Origin: a virus
Lineage: Duplodnaviria > Caudoviricetes
Length of the DNA stretch: 64,000 nt
Virus record (IMG/VR): IMGVR_UViG_3300020036_004254
Strand: one strand, 5' to 3'
Shown: positions 12,041-22,226 of the stretch, one piece after another
Layout: each line of letters opens with the position of its first letter
Position numbering within the stretch: position 1 is the stretch's first letter
Position numbers and translations under genes: made by a program
The notes under the pieces: generated by a model
The model's input: the letters and a program-made list of their open reading frames with translations, nothing else
Told to the model about the DNA's origin: nothing
Databases searched by the model: none

Positions 12041-13462
12041 ATGAAAAAAAGACAATCAAGGGGTTCGGTGAATATAGTACGTGGCGGTCCGCCGATTCTT
12101 CAAAGAACTGGCAATGATGTATTGATAGATGGGGTGTGGTATATCAACCAACCCCTTGCTCCGTCTCACACTCCTAGTGTAACCCCGACAACAAGTGCTT
12201 CTGTCTCGGTGACACCGTCTATCACACCCAGTGTAACAGTCACCCCATCAATCACCCCGAGTGTCTCGGTGACGCCGACAGTTACAAGAAGTGTAACCCC
12301 ATCGGTTACGCCGTCAGTAACGGTAAGTGTCACTCCATCAATCACCCCAAGTGTGACCCCAACGGTCACCTCAAGTGTATCTCCATCGGCAAGCCCGGGT
12401 ATATCAAGGACACCATCGGTCACACCTTCAGTAACAGCGAGTGTGACTCCGTCGATTACTCCTTCAATCACCAGAACACCATCGGTCACACCTTCAGTAA
12501 CAGCGAGTGTGACTCCGTCGATTACTCCTTCAATCACCAGAACGCCGTCAGTAACTCCGAGCATTACACCAAGTATAACCCCAACCGCAACGGCAAACGC
12601 ATCGCCGTCTCCAACTCCAACCCCAACCCCATCTACCGGAGCGCAAACGGTACAATTTCAATCGGACTTTGGATTTGCATTGGGAACAAGCACCTCTGCA
12701 AAAGGTGATAATGGAAAATGGGATTTGTTGGGTGGTTCTGGGCAAGAAGTTGTTGCCTCTACAGGGTTGGATTTCCCATCTACGAACGTGTGTAGATTTA
12801 CCGCAAACTATTCAAACAGTGGATTTGCTTTAAACCGTCACACAGGAATGCCAACTATACCCGCTGGGACTACTAGATATTACAGATGGTATGTTCGAAT
12901 GGAGTTTCCTGATGAGTTGGTTGGAAATGGTGACCACCCATGGCAAGATGGTAACGCAGTAGGAAGTTCTAACTGGATGGTTGGTGTGCATTATGGTTCC
13001 GATGTTGGTGGCGCACATGCCAGCGATTGGCAAATAGGTGCTATCATGTTGTTGGATACGGATGGGTTGTTTGATAACGGCCCGTGGTTGTCCAAGAGTG
13101 TTACCTATCGCGTAGAAGTGGCGGTACATAACATTGACGACTCACAATATAACTATAGTCAGCGTGTTTATGCCAGTGACGCCGATGGTGGTGCATTGCT
13201 ATATAGTGCATCTGATTTCCCCGCCGATGCGGGTGGTGGAACTCTTGCAACACGAGGGCCATGGAACTGGGATAACTTGGCATGGTCTGACGGACTTAAC
13301 TGCGGAACTAACGATTTTGAAACCGCTGGAAACGAGTCATGGTGGAATGTTGGTTCCCCGACCTTCCTTTATGGTTATCAAGGATGCTTCCTTGTGCTTG
13401 ATAGAACAGAAAGTATTTCAGCCGGAACATGGGTTGGTCCATACGGGGCTATCGATGCCTAA
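12041..13462 (+). CDS. Putative virion adhesin/decoration protein C (same N-motif, TPSV stalk, variable head)
   Basis: 'MKKRQSRGS...[18 protein letters not shown]', then TPSV, then a head starting 'FQSDFG.A.GTS..A..DN.KW' and ending 'WVGPYG' like ORF 7258. Confidence 0.6.
   Translation: MKKRQSRGSVNIVRGGPPILQRTGNDVLIDGVWYINQPLAPSHTPSVTPTTSASVSVTPSITPSVTVTPSITPSVSVTPTVTRSVTPSVTPSVTVSVTPSITPSVTPTVTSSVSPSASPGISRTPSVTPSVTASVTPSITPSITRTPSVTPSVTASVTPSITPSITRTPSVTPSITPSITPTATANASPSPTPTPTPSTGAQTVQFQSDFGFALGTSTSAKGDNGKWDLLGGSGQEVVASTGLDFPSTNVCRFTANYSNSGFALNRHTGMPTIPAGTTRYYRWYVRMEFPDELVGNGDHPWQDGNAVGSSNWMVGVHYGSDVGGAHASDWQIGAIMLLDTDGLFDNGPWLSKSVTYRVEVAVHNIDDSQYNYSQRVYASDADGGALLYSASDFPADAGGGTLATRGPWNWDNLAWSDGLNCGTNDFETAGNESWWNVGSPTFLYGYQGCFLVLDRTESISAGTWVGPYGAIDA
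12410..12543 (+). repeat. Perfect 66-bp tandem duplication inside a TPSV stalk
   Basis: The unit acaccatcggtcacaccttcagtaacagcgagtgtgactccgtcgattactccttcaatcaccaga starts at both 12410 and 12476. Confidence 0.9.
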
Positions 13463-13468
13463 ATGTTG

Positions 13469-13476
13469 TATAAATA
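13469..13476 (+). promoter_or_regulatory. T4-type late promoter TATAAATA
   Basis: Perfect consensus upstream of gp8. Confidence 0.8.
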
Positions 13477-13499
13477 GTCATACATCTTAACCGTCAATT

Positions 13500-15191
13500 A
13501 TGCCCACACTACTTAAGTTGAGAACAGAAGCGGCTCGCTCATTCCTGAGAGACGTAACGAACGAGAATGATGTTTTTCATATCTTTTTCGGCAAAACGGA
13601 CCCTTGGGACGACGATAACGCACCACCAGCGGTAACCGATACACGGTTGACGGATGCTGACGCACACGCAAACATTCTTGCAGTAAAGAGAATTGGTATT
13701 AATGATGTGGCATACTTAATCCCCAACGTTGTGTGGGACTCAACTGCCCTAACGGTGTATGACCGTTATACGGACAACGCAGACTTGTCTGAGTTGAATT
13801 TTTATGTGTACAATGACAGCAACTATTGCATTTACAAATGTTTGAATAGACAAGATTTGATTGACGGCAATGCCGGGGTGTTGTTTCCAGAGGCGGCGGT
13901 TGATGGAGATTATTACACCAGCGGTCTTTACAAGTGGAAAAAGGTTGACGGGTCGTGGAATCTTGTGTCTACTGTTATCCCCAGTGATTCAACCGGGACA
14001 GAAAAGTTCAACACGGTTGATGGATACTGGTGGAAAATGGTATATAAGATTCCAGACGCAGACCGGGAAAAGTTTGCCACAGCGGATTATCTCCCGGTGC
14101 GATTTATTCCTTCAAGCACATTGTTTGATGTCATGGGACACATTCCTGTGGTTGGTGGAATCACTATTACCAACCCGGGAAGTGGGTATACCACCGCACC
14201 AACTGTTATTATCACCGGAGACGGAAGTGGAGCATACGCGACGGCGTCGGTCAATAAATACGGTGAAGTAATAGATATCCAAGTTATTGCCGAGGGTCAC
14301 GGGTATTCCTTTGCTATCGTAGATTTTGTTGGTGGTGGGGGAACAGGGTGTACTGCAACGGCAAATCTTGAACCAGATGGTCCTATTCCTGAAGACCCAA
14401 ATGTCATGGTTGCTTCTACGGCATTAGCAACCGCTGGCGCGATTGAATTTATTGACATTGAAGATGGTGGACAAAACTATTCCGCCACTTCGCAGTTTAC
14501 TGTTGAAGGTGATGGAGAGGGCGCAACCGTCATCGTTGTCATCAATGAAAGCGGGTCCATTGAATCGATTCAAACAAGTAACATGGGAACGGGTTATACC
14601 TATGCAAACATTGTATCTTCTGGGTCAGGAGAGAACGCAGTGTTGCGACCGATTATCAGCCCAATTTGGGGACATGGGGGAAATGTCCCTACCGAGTTGC
14701 TAGCCTCTATTGTGGGTATTGTTGTTGACGTTGAAACACCATTTACCCCACCAACCCCACAAGGTGATTTTTTCATCGGCAATGATTTCCGGCAAGTTGG
14801 TGTCATCAAAAACATTAGAGAATATGGGTTGTATGGAAATGTGTTTGTTGAAGACACCGGAGATTCGTGCTATAAGATTTCTGTAGTTGACATTTCGGCG
14901 TATAACATTGACGATGTGATTGTTAGTGATACGGGTGGTCGATTCATAGTAGTAGAAAAGAACCCATACCCTGAAACCAGTGTGGTCAAGCTTCTTCCCA
15001 TAACTGACAGTATCACTATTGACAGCGCACTGACCAACGAAACAACCTCATCTGCATTGGCGACTTTAATCGACGTTGTTTCGCCCGAGATAAATAAGAA
15101 AACGGGTGACATCATTTATCTGAAAAACCTATCCCCGTATACACGACAGCTTTATCAAACTGAGACAGTAAAACTTTATCTTCAATTCTAA
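13500..15191 (+). CDS. gp8: Baseplate wedge subunit gp8 (cyanophage-type, with internal Gly-rich beta repeats)
   Basis: 'FFGKTDPW.D...PP...D...LAVKRI', 'NFYV......YKCL', 'DGY.WK..Y', 'I.P..GHG.N...EL' and 'NDFRQVG.IKN'. Confidence 0.85.
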   Translation: MPTLLKLRTEAARSFLRDVTNENDVFHIFFGKTDPWDDDNAPPAVTDTRLTDADAHANILAVKRIGINDVAYLIPNVVWDSTALTVYDRYTDNADLSELNFYVYNDSNYCIYKCLNRQDLIDGNAGVLFPEAAVDGDYYTSGLYKWKKVDGSWNLVSTVIPSDSTGTEKFNTVDGYWWKMVYKIPDADREKFATADYLPVRFIPSSTLFDVMGHIPVVGGITITNPGSGYTTAPTVIITGDGSGAYATASVNKYGEVIDIQVIAEGHGYSFAIVDFVGGGGTGCTATANLEPDGPIPEDPNVMVASTALATAGAIEFIDIEDGGQNYSATSQFTVEGDGEGATVIVVINESGSIESIQTSNMGTGYTYANIVSSGSGENAVLRPIISPIWGHGGNVPTELLASIVGIVVDVETPFTPPTPQGDFFIGNDFRQVGVIKNIREYGLYGNVFVEDTGDSCYKISVVDISAYNIDDVIVSDTGGRFIVVEKNPYPETSVVKLLPITDSITIDSALTNETTSSALATLIDVVSPEINKKTGDIIYLKNLSPYTRQLYQTETVKLYLQF

Positions 15192-15196
15192 GGCAC

Positions 15197-18100
15197 ATGA
15201 ATACAAATACTTTTCCGTATTTTAACGATTTTGTTCCAAACAAGAGATACTACGAAATCTTGTTCAAACCGGGATATTCGGTACAAGCTCGTGAGCTAAC
15301 ACAGCTTCAAACAATGTTGCAAAATCAGATTAAAGAGTTTGGAGATACTATCTTCAAGCAAGGAACAGTCATTACGGGTTGTGCGGAATCCCATAACTTC
15401 AAGACCCCGTTTGTCAAAATTGAAGACATCGATATTTCTGTTTACCCATTGTCATACTACGAAGGGATGACAGTTACCGCAACAAATGGTGTGAGTGCTG
15501 TCATCAAGAAGACCATTGCTGGTACAGAAGCAGAAAGTCCGAATCTAAACACGCTATACCTCCATTACACCTCAAACAACGTCACGGACACTGACCCGTC
15601 GTTGATTGGCACCATTTCGACATTTACCGCTGGGCAGGTCTTGACGGTAACAGGTGACAATGCTGGGGTAACTTCATTCACGGTTGCCGCAGTTACACCG
15701 ACCGGAGAAGGTTCGCTCTTTTCATTGAACGACGGAATTGTGTATGTAAACGGGCGATTCTTGGTCCACAGCGACCAGACCATTGTTATCGACAGATATT
15801 CCAGCACCCCGACACAGAAAGTTGGATTTCGTGTTGTTGAAGAAGTAGCAACGGCACTGGATGATTCCACCCTGAATGACCCAGCACAGGGTGCATACAA
15901 TTTTAACGCCCCGGGTGCAGACCGTTACAAGATTACCACGGAACTGTATTCATACAGTGGTGTTGGCGAAAAACCAGAAGACTTCTTCCTATTGTTTGAT
16001 GTGGAAAACGGAGTCATCAAACGCCGTTATGACAAAACACAATATTCTGAACTGAGCCGCGAGTTTGCCAACAGAACGTATGACGAATCTGGTGATTACA
16101 CCGTTCGTCCGTTTCCTGTTATCGTCAATGAACATTTGTTGGCTGATGCCAACCATGGAAAGTATACCGCATCAACCACCCCTGTTGGGGACGCGGGAAA
16201 GCTTGTTGTGGCCGTTGAACCCGGAAAGGCATTTGTTCGGGGTTACGAACATGAGCTATTTTCTTCGGAGTTTCTTGAGATTGATAAGAGTCTCGCCACC
16301 AACGTGAGTGAGAATCGCGGAACTAGCACATTTTACGGAAGTTACATTCTCGTATCATATGTTGTTGGACCATGGAGAATCAACACCAATACCCGGGTGA
16401 GCATTCGCAGTGCCGCGTACACGGGTTCATACCCAGCAATCGGTGGTGGCGGTGGTTCGGAAATCGGAACTGCCAGAATTCGAAATATTCAATATGAAAG
16501 CGGAACCATTGGAACCGTTGGTGCGGTATATCGTCTGTACCTTCACGACATAACCTTTACTTCAGGTGGTGTTGGGAGCATTGGGGCGTTTTATTTGAGT
16601 GAGGGTTACGGAAGTTACGCGAACGTTTCTGGCACACCGTTGTTCTTGGAAACCAAGTTTGTTGCGCCAATTTTCCCGTTGACTCAGAAAAACGTGGAAA
16701 CGTTGGGCGACACCTCATATGTGTACAAGAAACTATTCACCGAGAAGGCGGTTAGTGGTGCTGGTATCGTTTCCCTATCATTGTCTTCGGATGAGGAATG
16801 GGCGTTCAGCACAGTCAGCGATAGCATTCTTGACGAAGACATTCGCGTTACGTTGGTAGAACCCGGAACGGGTTTGGGTACGTCTGGCACAACATTTGAC
16901 CTTGCGTCTGCCGATGTAACACGAACCTCGGCACAAGCTCTCACTATTGATTTGAATGCCACACCAACAGGTTCTCCGACCGTTGATGTGTTGATTAGCG
17001 TTCGAACTGGTGTTGGCATCGCCCAACAGAAAACTCTACGGTCAAATCGCTATGTGAAGATTCAAGCCAGCGGAGAAGGTCCGTTTAGTCTTGGGTTGCA
17101 CGATGTTATTTCCATTGAAAAGATTTGGGCCGCAACGGGTCCAGTGTCTTATCCAACGGTAGACCCTGAAAGCGATGACGCAACATGGGATGACGTAACT
17201 TCATGGTTTGATTTGGACAATGGACAGACGGATACGATGTACAATCTCGCGTCTATCTCCAAGAACAACGCAGAAACAATCAACGGGTTGTACTTGATTG
17301 TCAAATTGAACTATTTTGAACATGCTTCGAGCGGCGGATTCTATTCGGTCGATTCGTACCCATTGCCTATACAGGGGGAACTACCAACCGCTGACCAGAT
17401 TCAGTGGCATGATATTCCAACGTACACAACCAGCGCAGGAATCACCTTCAATCTCCGAGATTGTGTGGATTTCCGTTTGACAGTGGCGAACACGGCGTTG
17501 GACGCTGATAACATTGCTGGGGCAACAATTACACCAACCTCAACGGTGGTGTTTGCCTCAGGGGTAACATCACCTGTACCAACCGAAACATTCATTACTG
17601 ACATTACCTACAATCTTCCTCGCATTGACCGAGTCATTTTGGACAATGCCGGAACATTCAGCGTGGTGTCTGGAATTGCATCAGAGCGTCCGACGACCCC
17701 AAGACAACCAGATAACGCAATGACGTTGGCGATAATCAATATCCCAGCGTTCCCGGCGTTGTCACCATATTACGCACGACAGGTCGGTAAACTTGAATGT
17801 GCCACAACCATCGTGTTTGTGGATAACAGCCGTTTTACTATGCGTGATATCGGGGCTATTCAGCGCAGAGTAGAACGTCTAGAAAAATACGCCTCGCTTT
17901 CTGTGCTTGAGCAACAGGCGGCGTCAATGTTGATTGCCGACAACTCTGGAAACGATAGATTTAAGAATGGTATCATGGTGGACCCATTCACCGGACACAG
18001 TGTTGGTAATGTGTCAAATGAAGATTATGCATGTTCTATTGCACGTGGAGAGGCCCGACCATTCTTCAACTTGGATAACATCGGGATGGAATACGATGAT

Positions 18101-20713
18101 TCTTCAACGGATGTTGTAAGAAAGTCAAATGATAAGGCCGTGGTTGTTCGACAGGTGCTAGTTGGCGCACTGAGCTTTGTTGATGGAGAGGAAATCACCA
18201 CCGATGGTGGTGGAACCGCTACTTTGCGATACTCTGCACTTATCGTTTCAGACGATGAGTATCAGTGGGTGCGTTTGTATTTGGAAGAGGCCGCTGGTAT
18301 TATCAGCAACGGAAGTATTGTCACTGGCGAAACTAGTGGGGCAACCGGAACTATTCCAACGTCCACCCCGGTCGTCGCAGGAACAACGTTCCCAGAGCTT
18401 GTTACAACACCCACAGACGGAAATCTCGTCACCCTGCCGTATACCCATGTGGTGTATGCAGAAAGCCCGTATGCAACCAAGGCTAGAAACTGTTCAAGTC
18501 AGATTCTTTTCTCTTTTGAAGGTTCTATGGAACTTTCTCCAAAGAGTGACGAGTGGCCTGACACTTCTATTCGCCCAGAAATTCTGTTCAACACCGATGG
18601 AATTTCTGATAACTGGGTTTCTATGGCAACCCCGTGGGGAAGTCAGTGGGAAAACTGGAAGACGTTGTGGCAGAAGTACGATGCAACAACTCAAGATACC
18701 CGTAATGCCTCTATCGACCCTTCTGTGTTGACTACGTCACAACGGCAGTTGAGAGACGGTATTGCATTGAGCTTGGAAGAAAGCAAGAACGCTAACATTA
18801 TTCCATACATGAGAAGCGTTGTTATCACATTTTCCGCAACTCGTTTGAAGGCATACACCACGGTGTATCCGTTCTTTGACGGGGTGGATGTGTCATCACA
18901 TTGCAAACTGGATTCGGTTGACGAATACGGCACATCATTGGTGACGGATGCGTCAGGGTCGGTGGTTGGACAATTCCGTATTCCGGCTGAAACCTTCATG
19001 GCGGGAAGCAAGAACTTTGTACTTTCTGATGTGAGCAGTGACCCATTCTCGTTGAGTGCAACGACCATGGCCTATGCCGCATATACATCAAGCGGCGACC
19101 GCTTGTTTGACGAAAGCACCATTCTCAGCACACAGAAACCAGAAACCACCTTTGATTTCCAGCGTACCTCTCAAAACACCGCTGTGGAACGTGTGTCAAC
19201 CACCAGCGATTCAATCTCACAGACCATTGACCCGATTGCTCAGACATTCTTCGTTAGCAATAGCGAAGGTGGTGTAGTATTGACAAAAATTGGGGTATAC
19301 TTTAAGAGCAAGTCACTAACCTCACCCATTACACTACAGCTACGGGAAACCAAAAACGGGTTCCCCACAGAAACCATTCTACCGTACAGCACGGTTACAC
19401 TCTCCCCAGAGGATGTTAACGTTTCTGACGATGGTTCTGGGGTTACGGAATTCACGTTCCCATCCCCGGTGTATTTGAAGAACAATACTGAGTATGCATT
19501 TGTGTTGCTTCCAACAGGAAATGATGATGGTTACGAAGTTTGGGTTGGCGAACTTGGCCAGCTAGAGGTTGGCACCACGAACATTGTCGATAAACAGGCA
19601 AATGCGGGTGTCTTGTACGTGGCCGGAAACAACAGAACATGGACTCAGTTTATCAACGAAGACATTAAGTTCACTGCATTCCGTGGTGATTTCAGTGGGT
19701 CGGGTACACTCGTCCTTCGAAATCTTCCAATGGAATACCTAACCTTTAGTAACATGTCTGGGGTGTTTTATCCCGGGGATGTGGTTGTTGGAAGCGAAGC
19801 GGGTGCAGGAGAAGGTATCATTCAATACTTCGATTACGAAACCAACGAAGCACAGGTACTTGTTACCTCAGGCTCTTTTGGTGACGTTTCCGGGGTTGAT
19901 GCGATTACCTGTACTCACCCAGATGAAGTTTTGACGGCGGATACACTCTCGGTGAAGAAAGCCGTGGATGCGTTGTCCCCAACTCTGTCCTTCTTGAATT
20001 TCAACAATACCGTCATTACATGGGGATATAAGATTTACAAGTATGACGGAACCCCGTTCAATCTGGGTGACGGCCTTGGATACACGGACCTGTCAAGCAC
20101 TGGAACCGTAGAAATGTTGCAACCCATGGCGGTTTTCTCGGATTCTCAAAACCCGTCTTCATTCATGATGCAAGCCGAGCTATCAACAAACGCATCCAAC
20201 ATTTCTCCTATTGTGGATTTGGAAAAGGTGGGAAGTGTTATTATCACCAATGCGATTAACAACCCAAGCGGGGTGTTAACCTCGGAGGCTGATAACGGCG
20301 GAACAGCACAATCACGATACATTTCACGTACTGTGATTTTGGATGACGGACAAGAAGCAGAAGACTTGATGGTATTTCTATCTGCCTCAATTCCTTCAGA
20401 TACGTCTATTGCAGTTTTTGCTAAACTTTCTGCGCCAGACGAAACCATTACCTTCAGTGACCGCCCATGGACCTTGTTGACCGAGAATGTGGTCAATGGT
20501 ATTGGGGAATACGCTGAACGATATTACACCATTCCGACCACAGAAGGAGTTGCGGAAACTGGATATTTGGACGCAGGAATCTATAAATATGTTCGAGATA
20601 CCGTCACCCATAGCAAAATTAAATCATTTGCTGTGAAGATTGTATTTTTGTCCGATGATACCACTCGCGTTCCTAAAATTCGGGATTTGCGTACCATTGC
20701 TCTACAGGCATAA
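15197..20713 (+). CDS. Large virion structural protein (DUF4815 / VrlC-like)
   Basis: 'PYF.DF...K.YY.ILFKPG.SVQARELTQLQ..LQNQI', 'APGADR', 'RTYDESGDY', 'TMRDIG....R...LE.Y..LS.LE', 'RFKNG..VD.F', 'DP.AQTF' and C-terminal 'P.I.DLR.IAL'. Confidence 0.88.
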   Translation: MNTNTFPYFNDFVPNKRYYEILFKPGYSVQARELTQLQTMLQNQIKEFGDTIFKQGTVITGCAESHNFKTPFVKIEDIDISVYPLSYYEGMTVTATNGVSAVIKKTIAGTEAESPNLNTLYLHYTSNNVTDTDPSLIGTISTFTAGQVLTVTGDNAGVTSFTVAAVTPTGEGSLFSLNDGIVYVNGRFLVHSDQTIVIDRYSSTPTQKVGFRVVEEVATALDDSTLNDPAQGAYNFNAPGADRYKITTELYSYSGVGEKPEDFFLLFDVENGVIKRRYDKTQYSELSREFANRTYDESGDYTVRPFPVIVNEHLLADANHGKYTASTTPVGDAGKLVVAVEPGKAFVRGYEHELFSSEFLEIDKSLATNVSENRGTSTFYGSYILVSYVVGPWRINTNTRVSIRSAAYTGSYPAIGGGGGSEIGTARIRNIQYESGTIGTVGAVYRLYLHDITFTSGGVGSIGAFYLSEGYGSYANVSGTPLFLETKFVAPIFPLTQKNVETLGDTSYVYKKLFTEKAVSGAGIVSLSLSSDEEWAFSTVSDSILDEDIRVTLVEPGTGLGTSGTTFDLASADVTRTSAQALTIDLNATPTGSPTVDVLISVRTGVGIAQQKTLRSNRYVKIQASGEGPFSLGLHDVISIEKIWAATGPVSYPTVDPESDDATWDDVTSWFDLDNGQTDTMYNLASISKNNAETINGLYLIVKLNYFEHASSGGFYSVDSYPLPIQGELPTADQIQWHDIPTYTTSAGITFNLRDCVDFRLTVANTALDADNIAGATITPTSTVVFASGVTSPVPTETFITDITYNLPRIDRVILDNAGTFSVVSGIASERPTTPRQPDNAMTLAIINIPAFPALSPYYARQVGKLECATTIVFVDNSRFTMRDIGAIQRRVERLEKYASLSVLEQQAASMLIADNSGNDRFKNGIMVDPFTGHSVGNVSNEDYACSIARGEARPFFNLDNIGMEYDDSSTDVVRKSNDKAVVVRQVLVGALSFVDGEEITTDGGGTATLRYSALIVSDDEYQWVRLYLEEAAGIISNGSIVTGETSGATGTIPTSTPVVAGTTFPELVTTPTDGNLVTLPYTHVVYAESPYATKARNCSSQILFSFEGSMELSPKSDEWPDTSIRPEILFNTDGISDNWVSMATPWGSQWENWKTLWQKYDATTQDTRNASIDPSVLTTSQRQLRDGIALSLEESKNANIIPYMRSVVITFSATRLKAYTTVYPFFDGVDVSSHCKLDSVDEYGTSLVTDASGSVVGQFRIPAETFMAGSKNFVLSDVSSDPFSLSATTMAYAAYTSSGDRLFDESTILSTQKPETTFDFQRTSQNTAVERVSTTSDSISQTIDPIAQTFFVSNSEGGVVLTKIGVYFKSKSLTSPITLQLRETKNGFPTETILPYSTVTLSPEDVNVSDDGSGVTEFTFPSPVYLKNNTEYAFVLLPTGNDDGYEVWVGELGQLEVGTTNIVDKQANAGVLYVAGNNRTWTQFINEDIKFTAFRGDFSGSGTLVLRNLPMEYLTFSNMSGVFYPGDVVVGSEAGAGEGIIQYFDYETNEAQVLVTSGSFGDVSGVDAITCTHPDEVLTADTLSVKKAVDALSPTLSFLNFNNTVITWGYKIYKYDGTPFNLGDGLGYTDLSSTGTVEMLQPMAVFSDSQNPSSFMMQAELSTNASNISPIVDLEKVGSVIITNAINNPSGVLTSEADNGGTAQSRYISRTVILDDGQEAEDLMVFLSASIPSDTSIAVFAKLSAPDETITFSDRPWTLLTENVVNGIGEYAERYYTIPTTEGVAETGYLDAGIYKYVRDTVTHSKIKSFAVKIVFLSDDTTRVPKIRDLRTIALQA

Positions 20714-20715
20714 AT

Positions 20716-20910
20716 ATGAACGATAACTTTGTACGTGACCCTGCTTCATCGGCTCTTATCAACAACGACATCGTTGGTTTAGAAGCCTATAAGAAAAGAA
20801 AAGAGCAGGGGATGAAATTGGAACGAGTTTCTCGGGAAATGAGTACGCTACAAATAGAATTGGAAGAGATTAAATCTCTTCTTCACAAACTAATCAAAAC
20901 AAAGGAATAA
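20716..20910 (+). CDS. Small conserved coiled-coil protein that follows DUF4815 genes
   Basis: 'VRDP.S.ALIN.D....AY' plus a heptad tail; ATG overlaps a CATAAATA motif (20709-20716). Confidence 0.65.
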   Translation: MNDNFVRDPASSALINNDIVGLEAYKKRKEQGMKLERVSREMSTLQIELEEIKSLLHKLIKTKE

Positions 20911-20913
20911 CAA

Positions 20914-21576
20914 ATGGCTATCACACCACTTTATACACTTCGAAGCGCGAAAGGAACGCCATTGACAAATGATGAGGTCGATGGTACGTTTCAATACCTC
21001 AAGGACGCCATCGATGCGTTGGAAGAGGGTGTCTTTTCGAACTCTGGTGAACTAGCCGGATTGTTGGGCGACGAAACAGGAAGCGGAAAGGCGGTATTCA
21101 ATACCAATCCGGTATTCGTGACCGGAGTATACACCACCTCTTTGTCTTTTGAAGTTTTCAATACCACCGCCACCACCATTAACGCCTTTGGTGCCGCCAC
21201 CACGATTAATTTTGGTGCGCCGGGATGTACCACCACGTTCCAAGGTGATGTCCGGGCAACTGGTGATTTGGTATCTGCCGCCTCATCTGATATTCGATTG
21301 AAGACCCGTGTGCGTCCGATTGAACATGCTCTTGAGCTTGTGGCGGCTCTCCGTGGTGTCACGTGGGAATGGAGAGAAGAGGTGAAGGATGCAGTCAAGC
21401 AAATGCCCAAGACTGGTCTTATTGCTCAAGAGGTTGAGACGGTATTTCCAGAAGTGGTCACTACACGAGAAGATGGGTTGAAGGCAATTCATTATGACCG
21501 CATCATTGGTTTGTTGGTCGAAGCAATCAAGGAATTGAATGAAAAGGTTGAACGTCTTGAGAACAAGGGTGTATAA
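20914..21576 (+). CDS. Tail fibre/spike protein with C-terminal intramolecular chaperone (peptidase S74)
   Basis: N-terminal 'LRSAKGTPLTNDEVD' and S74 signature 'SSDIRLK...L.GV.W.W...GLIAQEVE.VFPEVV...Y.....LL.EAIKEL'; RBS AAGGA. Confidence 0.85.
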   Translation: MAITPLYTLRSAKGTPLTNDEVDGTFQYLKDAIDALEEGVFSNSGELAGLLGDETGSGKAVFNTNPVFVTGVYTTSLSFEVFNTTATTINAFGAATTINFGAPGCTTTFQGDVRATGDLVSAASSDIRLKTRVRPIEHALELVAALRGVTWEWREEVKDAVKQMPKTGLIAQEVETVFPEVVTTREDGLKAIHYDRIIGLLVEAIKELNEKVERLENKGV

Positions 21577-22173
21577 ATGACACTTCAGGGAAGTGGGCAG
21601 ATTAGCTTAAACGATATTCGGGTGGAAATGGGGGAGTCCGGGGGAAACTATTCTTTAACGGAACTTTCTACTGTCCCCAAACTGAATACCGGGGCGTCCC
21701 CACGCCCTGATGGTGCGGCACCTCATGCGATGTCTGAATTCTATAGTTACAATCATCTGACCAACGCATCACCGACCCCAACACCAACACCGACCCGTAA
21801 TGCGTCTCCGTCAGTCACCCCGACGTTGACCCCAACGGTGACCCCAACGGCAACACGCAATGCGTCTCCGTCAGTCACCCCATCGATTACGCCGTCTATC
21901 ACTCGCAATGCGTCTCCGACCCCGACGCCAACCCCGTCAACATGTTTTGCATTCTTCACGACTACGCTGTACACACAGCCGTCTGGAACAGACTGTAGCG
22001 GAGCATCTGGGGCGTTCACCGCATATCACAACACCTCCCCGATTGAATTTGGTACTAGAATCTACAGTGCATCTGGGTGTACGTCTCCCATCGATGGTCG
22101 CTTCACCGATTCTAGCCGAATCTACACATTGGTGACTGGTACGGTGACAAACATTGAGGATTGCGTTGCTTAA
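21577..22173 (+). CDS. Putative fibre-tip protein: N-terminal attachment motif, TP stalk, Cys-containing C-terminal domain
   Basis: The 'MTLQGSGQISLNDI..E...MSEFY' motif is typical of genes following S74 fibres; ~60 aa TPS repeat; 4-Cys domain. Confidence 0.55.
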   Translation: MTLQGSGQISLNDIRVEMGESGGNYSLTELSTVPKLNTGASPRPDGAAPHAMSEFYSYNHLTNASPTPTPTPTRNASPSVTPTLTPTVTPTATRNASPSVTPSITPSITRNASPTPTPTPSTCFAFFTTTLYTQPSGTDCSGASGAFTAYHNTSPIEFGTRIYSASGCTSPIDGRFTDSSRIYTLVTGTVTNIEDCVA

Positions 22174-22181
22174 TTTGAGTG

Positions 22182-22189
22182 TATAAATA
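22182..22189 (+). promoter_or_regulatory. T4-type late promoter TATAAATA heading the glycosyltransferase operon
   Basis: Perfect consensus ~40 nt upstream of the GTG start at 22227, which has a GAGGAG RBS. Confidence 0.8.
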
Positions 22190-22226
22190 GAACCAGTCGG
22201 ATGACAACACACCTGAGGAGTTTCTA

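Noticed and set aside
7258-13462. Diversity-generating retroelement acting on the paralogous heads
   Set aside because: No reverse transcriptase in the window and no template/variable repeat pair differing only at adenines.
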